A DNA stretch of 64,000 nt, from positions 7,502,001-7,566,000 of the forward strand of contig NC_043007.1 of the NCBI RefSeq assembly GCF_006345805.1, given 5' to 3'. The notes beneath the pieces are model-generated. The model searched no databases. It saw nothing but the letters and a program-made list of their open reading frames with translations, and had not been told where the DNA came from. Made by a program: the position numbers and the translations under genes. Below, piece after piece: positions 12,760 through 64,000 of this stretch. Position 1 is the stretch's first letter; every line of letters starts with the position of its first letter. The DNA is from Octopus sinensis (Eukaryota).

Positions 12760-13016
12760 GGTATGCATTATGAGTGCTCCAACAAGCAATTCATCAAGAT
12801 CCCGGTTCAGAGAGCAGAGGAAGTTGTAGCTGTGTGAATGTCTTGTTTCAGGCAAAAACTAGCAGTTGGTGGCTTACCTGGAAGTCAGACAGGTATCAAT
12901 TAAGGTTGTGAAGAAAGCTAAACAATTAGTCAAAGCAGATTGAATTAAATGAATTTAAATACCATAGTCTTACTTTGACTAATTGCTTGCTTTCCTCACT
13001 ACTTTAACCAATATAT
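12760..13016 (+). mobile_element. Penelope-like 3' end fragment, copy 2
   Basis: QTGIN*GCEE; ~130-bp direct repeat of about 8908-9046. Confidence 0.45.
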
Positions 13017-13524
13017 ATATATAAATTAAATTAGAGATAAAACCACTATTAGGCAAATCAAACAGTGAAAAACATAAACCAAAACATAGAAATAAAATTA
13101 ATTAATATAATATACAAAATATATAAAATTCAAAATTTAAATTATTTAAATTTAAAGTTAAAAATTTAAAATAATTAATTTATATTTATAAATTTATATA
13201 TATATATATATATATAATGATAACCTGAAACTCGAGTCCATGTGTATCATAAGTTGAAGACAGGAAGGATGGCTTCCCTTTGCAAATACTGATAGGACAC
13301 AGAAAGTGTGTCTATAGCCAGCTGGAGGAGGTGTCCTCCTGGGGCTACAAACTACAGTAGCATCCACCCTTAGGGTTTAGCCATATTCAAATGGCAAATA
13401 TACGTCACTATATATATATATTTTTATATATATATTTATATTTTTTTTATATTAAGTTTGGATTTACTCCCTAATATTATTATATATATATATATATATT
13501 TCTATATATACATATACATATTGT

Positions 13525-13850
13525 GGAGGTGCAATGGCCCAGTGGTTAGGGCTGTAGACTCGCGGTTGTCGGATCGCAGATTCAATTCCCAGACCAAGTA
13601 TTGCGAGTGTTTATTGAACAAAAACACCTAACAGCTCCACGAGGCTCCTACAGGAGTAGTGGCAAACCCTGCTGTATTCTTTCACCACAACTTTCTCTCA
13701 CTCATTCTTCTAGTTTCTGTTGTTCCTGTATTTCAAAGGGCCAACTGAATCTCCCCAAGAACTGCATTAAGGGTGCACATGTCTGTGGAGTGCTCAGCCA
13801 CTTGCATGTCAATTTCACAAGCTGGCTGTTCCGGTTATCAACCATAGTTG
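13525..13850 (+). mobile_element. tRNA-derived SINE family A
   Basis: A and B boxes; homologous to 38040-38421. Confidence 0.82.
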
Positions 13851-14112
13851 TGATCCCCATGTCGGTGGCACGTAAAAAGCACTATCCAAATGTGGCCAAT
13901 GCCAGTGCTGCCTTGACTGGCTTCCATGCTGGTGGCATGTAAAAAGCACCCACTACACTCACGGAGTGGTTGGCATTAGGAAGGGCATCCAGATGTAGAA
14001 ACATTGCCAGATCAGATTAGGGCCTGGTGCAGCCTCCTGGCTTCCCAGACCCCACTCGAACCATCCAACCCATGCCAGCATGGAAAACGGACATTAAACG
14101 ATGATGATGATG

Positions 14113-14334
14113 AAATGTTTCCATACCGTCTCCCATTTGTAATGCCGGTTTGCACAAAAATTATAAAAGAAAAATCCTACAATATTAGCAGTTTTAGACA
14201 TTAGAGAGGTACTTCCTCACACTTCACATCTTTGCTGCTAGTCAAGGAAGGGTTTCTCTAATGTCTAAAACTGCAAATATTACAGGATTTTCACAAAAAC
14301 TGGCATTGCAAATGGAGTTGGTATGGAGACATTT
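14113..14334. mobile_element. MITE-like element with long imperfect terminal inverted repeats
   Basis: aaatgtttccatacc...gcagttttagacattagaga is mirrored by tctctaatgtctaaaactgc...ggtatggagacattt. Confidence 0.7.
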
Positions 14335-14932
14335 ATAACTTATAATTACAGTTGTGAAGAGCACCATGCGAGTGTGATCGTTGCCAGAGCGGCTATCTGG
14401 CCTCTGTGCCAGTGGCACGTAAAAGACACCATTCGAGCGTGATCGTTACCAGCGTCGCCTTACTGGCACCTGTGCCGGTGGCATGTGTAAAAGATTCAAG
14501 CGAGGTCGTTGCCAGTACCACCTGACTGGCCCCTGTGCCAGTGGCACGTAAAAGCACCCACTACACTCTCGGAGTGGTTGGCGTTAGGAAGGGCATTGAG
14601 CCGTAGAAACTCTGCCAGATCAAGATTGGAGCCTGGTGCAGCCATCTGGTTCACCAGCCCTCAGTCATTCGTCCAACCCATGCTAGCATGGAAAGCGGAC
14701 GTTAAATGATTATGGTTAAAGAATTTTCTGTCTTCTTCTTTTCATTGGTATACATGCATATGTGTAGACCTGGCTGTCTCTTTAAGAAGTTCACCTCCCA
14801 ACCACGTGCTTTGAGATTCAGTTCCACTATGCAGCACCATTGGCTAATGTCTTTTATAGACCCATGCTGACCAAAGCTTAGGATATGCTAGATGGAAACT
14901 AAAAAGACCCTGTTGTGTGATTATGTGTATAC

Positions 14933-14963
<31 letters not shown>

Positions 14964-17689
14964 GGAATTCCTACTTTATTTGTTTCCATGAGTGTTCCCT
15001 GGCTGTAAACAATGGCTCCACTGATGTGTCATTTGTTTCCATTTCACTACAAGAGCGTGTCTGAGCTTCATGAAAATGTTCCACCATATTTGTAAAGAAA
15101 AGGCTTGTTCCTAAAATGTCTTTTGTTTCCAGTTTTCCCTGTAAACATTTCTATGTTTTTTGTCAATCAATAAACTTGCAGATTATTACTTCACATTAAA
15201 TAAATAGGGTTTAGTATCAGGGTATCTAACAACAGGAAACACTGTCCCAATGTATTCACATCTGACCCCTGCAAGCATGAAAAAGTAGGTGTTAATACAA
15301 CGATAGTAAAGCGATATTTACAAGTATGTGTTTATTTAGTTTTACAATACACCTCACAATTGCTTTCAAGTGCATTGTCAGTGATGTTTCCGGGTTCCCA
15401 TGAGGTTTTGGGTCTTTCAACATTAGACCTCCTCCCCACCCTGCTTCACTCAGTTGATCAAGCTTCAGCTTGTTTTCCAGTAGCAGCAAAACCACTATTC
15501 TACCCTTTTTTATCCAAAGACAATCTGTGGTCTTATCTGCAGCTTCAGGGATAGAATTTAGAGTCCTCCTCTTTGCAGAATGCCCCACAAAACCCTTGTT
15601 GTTTTTAGTGTGGACTTGCTAGCATGGAAAGCGGACGTTAAATGATGATGATGATGATATATATATATATATATATTATATACATATGTGTGTGTTTGCA
15701 AACTCATAGATATATGTATATATATATGTAGAAATCTATATATGTGTGCATGTATTCTGTTATGCATTTTACTGCAGACTTAAAGAAAAGTCACTTAAAC
15801 TTGCTGATGTTTGCCTGGATTCTTTCTTCAGAATTTCAAATAGGAAAGCAACTCTAACCATCTCAACTGCATCAAAGACAGCAACTAGTAACCAATCCCA
15901 CCTGCACCAACTAGAACTTAATCTTATTACTTTACAGCCCAATAACATCGATGACCAACCAACATTATACAGTTAGAAAGTTCAATATATTTGAACATCT
16001 GCCGAACTTGTGCCAGTGTAGTAGGACTTGTAGAGAAGAACCATGATGTAATGCTTTACTGCATGACCACCACTCCTCACTGGTTGTTTAACTGGTCTCT
16101 TTCTTTTCCCCACCTCTTCTCTTCTGCTGTTTTTTATTCTTTTGTTCATCACAAATATTCCACAGAAGCAAGGAATTGAATTTATTCACAGAATTTCCAT
16201 GATTCCCTTTCTCCCCCACCACCTTCACTCCGTCTATCACCTCCTTACCATTTTATGTCTCTTCAATGAGATCCAATCTACATTGATTAAAGTATGTAAA
16301 GAATTTGTTAATTACTTCTTGTTTCTTTCATCATCATCATCTTCATCAGTGCAAAGTAGCAGTCTGTATATCATACTTGAAGCAGGCACTACTTCTGTTG
16401 CTGATAACAATTTTTTTTTCTTCTCAGTCTGCTAGTTTATTGTGACATCATTGATTTCTTGATCACTGTTTGGTTGGCGTTGTCTCAGCGTTCAGTTGCA
16501 ATTGGATCCTTCCTATTAACAAAGCCAAAAACAGGCAGAAATGCTGCCGCTACTACTGGAGGGTTTGACATCAGCTGCTGATATAATTCTATGTTTTTTA
16601 ACACTATACATTTACTAGAGATGCTATCTTGACATACTGCAGTTAATTTGGCCTTCAATGATGTATCTGCTTTAACTATGAGGCATTAATTACTATGTGT
16701 GTATGTATGCGTATATGTTTTGACATTGTATGATAGAAGGGAGTAACACCAGCATACAAGGAGTGACATTTCCAGTTTTTCCTGAAATATGTCAGGCCAA
16801 AGGGAGATATTCCATTGCTTGGAATCAAGTGAGGGTTGGTGACAGGAAGGGCATCCAGCTGGAGAGAATCTACCTCAGCAAACTCTGTCTGACCCACTGA
16901 AAAGTAGATGGTAAAACAATGAAGTTGAGAATTTGTTGTTAGAAATGACCTGAGATTAAGCAGCATGATCGTTACTTGCATTGCCTTACTGGCACTTGTG
17001 ATGGTGGCACGTGAAAAAACATTCGAGCGAGGTCTTTGCCAGTGCCACTGGACTGGCTCCTGTGCAGGTGGCACATAGAAAGCACCATTTGAGCGTGGCC
17101 ATTGCCAGTACTGCCTGACTGGCCCTCGGAGTGGTTGGCATTAGGAAGGGCATCCAGCTGCCAGATCAGATTGGAGCCTGGTTCAGCCATCTGGTTTGCC
17201 AGACCTCAGTCAAATCGTCCAACCCATGCTAGCATGGAAAGCGGACGTTAAACAATGATGATGAAGGCTGACTAAAGAGATACTGTTATTACACAGTCTG
17301 TTAGGAAATAACTGGCTGAATATACCTTGGATCTCTCTCACACTGATTTAAATGTGAAATTAGATACATTATGTAATATAGAGTTATGTGTAGAGTGTTC
17401 AGGCTAAATTAGGGGATCTTTTTATGTTTCCCTTTTTCACAAACAGTGTGATGTGTTGGAGAGCATAAAAATTAAATTTGTAGTTGAGAAACTTAACATG
17501 AAGAATTTGAAGCCACTTGCATATTAGAAAAGTATTTCATGTATGATGAAGATTTGAACTAAGTATCAAGGAGGTGTTCAAATCTGCTGCTGCTCAATGA
17601 TCTGTGAACATCGTAAAGGTTGTATGATGAGACGTGGATAACTAAGAAGCTTATGGTCAGCGGGAAGGCAGAAATTTTTAAACAAGGCC

Positions 17690-18020
17690 TTACGATCAGT
17701 TTAGATGGTTATGTGTGGCTATTGGAAACTGGTGAAACTCTGGCTGAAGAGGGTGCTGCTGGAAGGCTGTATGTGTGGCAGCAGGATTTGTCTTTTTGCC
17801 ATAGCTCCGGAAAGAGTGAATTCTGGTCGTTGGAGAATTGTCTGCGACTTCAGCCCTAATTTCTGGCCTCTTAATTCCCCCAGTCGTAACCTCATGGATT
17901 ATTATGTATGAGGTGATGCCTGATCAAGGAGATATTCTAAGATCTTGCCTGGGACACAGTGAGGAATGCGTGCACCACATCTTGAGGCCAGGGTGAAAGA
18001 TGAGGGTTGGAGGTTACTTT
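17690..18020 (+). mobile_element. Tc1/mariner transposase C-terminal relic
   Basis: VWQQD...FWPLNSPSRNLMDYYV corresponds to the WPxxSPDLNPxDY motif. Confidence 0.65.
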
Positions 18021-21000
18021 GAGGAAACTCTTATCTCCCTACCATAATTTAATTGGTATTTGGGGATAAGGTTTTCCTTTAACTCAGACGCCCTATATAC
18101 TTTATCAGAAATATATATGGGAAAGTCATGTTTGGATCGTCTTTGTACCAAGGTCTGCTTAATTAGAACTGACTAATGGCTAAACAGTGAGTAAATATGC
18201 GAATGCTAATACAAAACAAAGTGCAACAATTGATCTATTGTAAAAAAGTTGGCTTTGCAATGAAGTGGTCCTTAGTTAAATCTCATTATGCTGTATTATG
18301 CACAAATGTCTCCGATGGGTCAAAGATTTGTGAGCGAAATTTGCTAGATGGAAACAGTTTGTGTAAATGTGTGTGAATGGCAACTGTATATGTGTATTTG
18401 CTTTATATATAAACTCAGATGTGGAAGGTCTTTCCATGTCTGAGTTTACTGGAAGTTGTTAATTGTAATTGTGCACACCTTTATTTTCATCAACACTACT
18501 TCTTGCTGTGCATCTGGTTCCAGCTTGATCAAGTTTTGCACATTTCAGCAAATGTATTATCCGGTTCTTTAGATATACAAATGGCTTTTCTTCCTGGGCT
18601 ATGAACAACAACGGATTCGGTATTCGCTGCTGATGAAGCACATGATGCAGAAATGCATGGGCCATTTGTTACAATGATGTCATTCATTGTCCAGTGATGT
18701 ATTTTCAGATATTCTCCATGAGAAGAATTTAATATCATGAGACAAATTCTATAGCAAAGACTTTTTGTCCTCATCCACTTCTGCACGGACGTATTAAATA
18801 TGATTGCACGCCTCTCTCTCTCTCTCTCTCTTCATCTCTTTTTCCCTTTCTCTCTCTCTTTCACATACACACACACTTTGTACAGGTGAATGGTTAAGTT
18901 TGTTACCTACATGGTATGAGGTTCAATTACCCTGTTTGACATATTTACATCTCGGTTGAACCCATAATCTTATGAGTGAAATTGGATTGGTAGAAACTAT
19001 GTAGAAGTCCATCAGGTAGATTGCATTATAAATTTAAAAGATCCAGCATGGCCACACAGTGTTATGCTGATAATGGGAACATTGTTCGAAAAACATTTAT
19101 TCAAATGGAAAATTGTATGAATGAAAATTATTCAAAAGTACAATTATACAAAATGTTATTTATTCTAAATTTTTTTAATTATATTTACATAAAAATGATA
19201 AAATTAAATACCAAGTACACAAATGCTATTTATTTCGAATAACTGTTTTTGAATAAATGTTTTGCGAACATTTCTTTTCAAACAATTTTCATGATATGGT
19301 TAAGCTGGTTCTGCTTAAGAGTTACATTATGGTTACACATGAGTGGAGTGTTCAACTATTTACACTTGAATTCACTTGATCAAACAATTGAATCCTCATT
19401 GATGAACATATCGTGTGTGTGTGTGTGTGTATGCGCACGTGGAATACAGCCAAATTCCTCAATCAGCACTCATGTGAATCCTGGCTGGCAAGATGCATGG
19501 AGAGGACAAAGGATCCAGTAGAAGAACAACATATTCCACACAAACTGCAAATCCAGGAGGTTTCCATTAAACATTTCCCTCCTCAAGTCGATATCATAAA
19601 TTTTCATATTTCACCACACCTAATTTGGCCAATGATATGGTCACTTTTAATGATACACAATTACACAATTTAAAATATTGTGCTATTCTAATTATACAAA
19701 AAATTTTCCTGTTCTTCTTTTTATAACACACCTTGATCTAACAGGAACATCCCTATTCATTGTGTACCCTTTCATAACAATGGCTCTGACAATAATAATT
19801 TAATCATTCTTGGTCACTTAGTATATGTAACTGTAGGGATAGCCTTTAGGTAACCAGTGCCTCCAGAGAAATGTTCAGTCCATACACTCAATAAGGTTTG
19901 CTACTGTTTTAGTAGTACAGCATCAAAATTATGTTGAAGTGGAGGAACCAGGTACATTCTTTTTCATAACAGGCACAAATTATGTAATTCTTGATTAGCA
20001 AAATTTAATTAGGATTTGGAAGATAGAAATATTGATTAGTTTGTGATCAATTATTTTCACCATACTTCCGTATAGCGTTGGGTGGCACTTGTAACTTATA
20101 TTGCGTGGAGGCACTTGAGATTCTTAGATGTAAATATGGACTAATTAACAAGCATAATGTGCTGTTAATCCATTTCCCACACGGGTTATTAAAACCTTTT
20201 TGAATATTCTGTTTGCCTAATCCATGTATTGTATTAGATTATGTGAATTTGTTCAATGCAACTACAGTTCTTTCTCAAGACCCTCTGGTAGACATATATC
20301 TTTATCTATCTTTGCAATTTAACAGAAGCCTATTAAATAGTTTTGCGCCATGATTCATAAAACTTATTCCCGGTCATTGGACATCTGTTGCAGGTCACAT
20401 TTCTTGGGTAATGGTACTACGATTGATGACCTCCATTCACTAGGCAGAACACTTGTTAAGAGAACCTTGTTGCATGTGTCAAGCAACTATCCAGGGTTGA
20501 TAAATTCATTTACCTTGGATTGACTGTAACTGACCCCTCTCACAACTCAAACTGTGACATCATAGACAGAAGGAAAGCGGCATGTGGAGCAATGTCACAG
20601 CTTCAAAACCTCTAATCATCTGACATCAACCCAACACCGTGGGTAAAGATGTATAAAACTCTAGGTCTTCTTTATTGATTGTGTGTGCATGTCATCATCA
20701 CCATCACCATCCATGTTCCATCCATGGCATGGGTTGGACGGTTTGACAAGATCCAATGATCCAAAGACTGCTTTATACTCCTCTTTCTACTTCTGCACGG
20801 TTTCTACACATGGAGACCATTCCTAACACCAACCATTTTACAATGTATTTTGGGTGCTTTTCCTGTAAGCAGCACCAGTGAGGTCATCATGCAGCCTGGA
20901 AAGATCTGAGCCCCGTGGTGGGTGGCTTTATGCTGGGAAATGAGGTGTTACAGTATGAGGAAAGGAACCGGAGCAGATTAAGTTTGTTGCCGTTGAAAAA

Positions 21001-21816
21001 CTACGCAAATCACATTTTAAAAGACATGCGAGGGTGACCGTGGTGGCCCTGGGGAGAGATTAAAATCCTGGTGGTGGGGTGTCTGGTTGACCCCATGCAT
21101 CACATGTGGATTATAGAGAATGAGAGCAGAATTACTGTTAAACAAAAGTACCATGTGGTTCTGTCTCAGTCCCGTCATCCTTGGTTCCATACATGACGAA
21201 GCCAATGAAAGAACCAGAATTAGTAGGAATGTCTGAGACTCTTGAATGGTATTTCACCAAAATATAAGGAATTCCAATGACTGAAAGCTGGAAATTAATA
21301 AACGAAGCAAAGACGTAAGAAATTGAATAAAAGATAAAAAGAAAAAAATAATATCGGCCAAGAACTTATAAACTTAGTATATCATTGTCATGTTTATTAT
21401 TTACTAATATTATTTACATAGAATGAAAAGAAAACAAGATATATTTAAGGGACTTAATAAAAATTGAAACAATTATTTTGTTTTTTGAAACATAAGAATA
21501 ATTAAAGGAATTGAAAAGCAAACAAGTGAGATTATGCTATTTTTTTTGTCCTTTTTTTGTCGTTACATCATTTTATTTCTGGTAGCTTTTGGTATTTTTA
21601 AGGTAAATAGAGATGGAAATAATACAGAACTGTTAGTTATCTTTTCATCTTTCAGGTGTGTAAATAAGGAGACAAGCAAGCTGGTGTCTATATTATTATA
21701 TGTGTGTGTGTGTATGCAAGTGTATGTGGACAGTCTGGTAAGTTGGTGAAGAACATAAAATAGCTAAACAGCCATAAGAGATATATTAAATGTTTTACAT
21801 AAGTGCATATATATAC

Positions 21817-21847
<31 letters not shown>

Positions 21848-21863
21848 AAGCGGATGCTGCATC

Positions 21864-63163
<41,300 letters not shown>

Positions 63164-63604
63164 CTAGGGATTAAAGGAGCACAAAATGAAACATATAGTG
63201 ACTCATACAAGACGAGGAGACGGTACATTCATTAGGTGTATATGATCGTCTGTACGTGGAGTGGTGTGTGTGCATTTATGCAGGCAGTGTGGATGCATAT
63301 TATGTTCACATTATTTGAATGCGTGTGTGTTTGAAGCCATGTTACAAAGTGTGTGTGTGCGTGTACGTTTGATGTATGTACATGTAAGAATTGTTACATG
63401 CAGCGATGTTGGCGTTATTTTTTTGCAATCTCCATGTCAACTGACGTCTGTTTTTTACGCGTGTATATAATTCAAATATACATGTATATTGTCTTTCTCA
63501 ATGTGTGCGTGCGTGTGCGCCATCAGTTTGTGTTTCGTGTGTACAAATTAAACTGAGTTGCATTTTGTGTGGCCGCCTATGTGTGCATGTTTGTATGTGC
63601 AATA

Positions 63605-63880
63605 GAAAATGCTTCATAAGTGTGCGTTGCTGAAGCATGGAACAAACTGCCGGCATCAGTTGTTAGTTGTCGGAGCACTGCATCCTTCAAAACTTCCATG
63701 CTTCCTGAGATTCGCCAACACTACACCTGATCCTCTCCATACACATGCAAGCATGTATCTGACTCATACACTGTTCACTTTCCAGACATTTGTACATTAC
63801 TGCATATACTTTATATGCACTTTTGACAAGTTGTGGTGCACCTGTGCACTGTATACAATAATTTCATTATTATTATTTTA
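63605..63880 (+). mobile_element. CR1-clade LINE 3' fragment (same family as the copy at 2.0-2.3 kb)
   Basis: gttgctgaagcatggaacaaactgccggcatcagttgtt... is homologous to the reverse complement of 2040-2130; short ATT tail. Confidence 0.7.
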
Positions 63881-64000
63881 ATGTGTGAATGTGTGTGTGC
63901 TTGCATAAATGGTGCGTCGATGACTATGTGTGTATATAGGTGAGGTCGTCTATGTGTCTGCGTGAGTAGACGTCATGTGTAATGGTTAACCGAGTGACTG

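Noticed and set aside
15760-16680. Coding-looking intergenic stretch
   Set aside because: All frames are interrupted and no family could be assigned by eye.
18420-18790. Overlapping short - strand ORFs, possibly a transposase or gene relic
   Set aside because: No motif I can recognise, and multiple stops.
21586-21690. Apparent + strand acceptor/donor pairs suggesting mini-exons
   Set aside because: No coherent protein. The region lies in the probable 3' UTR of the - strand gene.

Overview
AT-rich, microsatellite-dense eukaryotic (metazoan) genomic DNA. The repeat complement (tRNA-derived SINEs, R4/Dong-like, RTE, CR1 and Penelope retroelements, mariners, a Helitron relic, very long (TA)n/(TACA)n/(TAA)n arrays) suggests a mollusc, most likely an octopus; that assignment is inference. 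I rebuilt two spliced genes by hand. (1) BET1, a Golgi SNARE, on the + strand: three coding exons at 4075-8437; the first coding exon was not found. (2) A large, 5'-truncated gene on the - strand: 17 phase-compatible GT-AG exons from 63163 to 21864, about 938 aa in the window. It encodes repeated ~150-aa Cys-containing modules (GxNIxC...DFGxxTNxG), an F5/8 type C (discoidin) domain and a C-terminal region with Asp-box-like motifs. The most unusual signal lies in the introns of gene 2: several unrelated non-coding elements, inserted in microsatellites, that fold into type I hammerhead ribozymes. One has a canonical core (28262-28346) next to a 184-bp palindrome. Another is a 174-bp palindrome encoding a hammerhead on each strand (33312-33485). 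Two more are degenerate. There is also a candidate HDV-like ribozyme (61726-61818), a templated insertion flanked by 124-bp direct repeats, microsatellite-targeted R4-like LINEs, and a SINE-derived higher-order tandem array. All folds and splice models were derived by eye and are untested; repeat boundaries are approximate.
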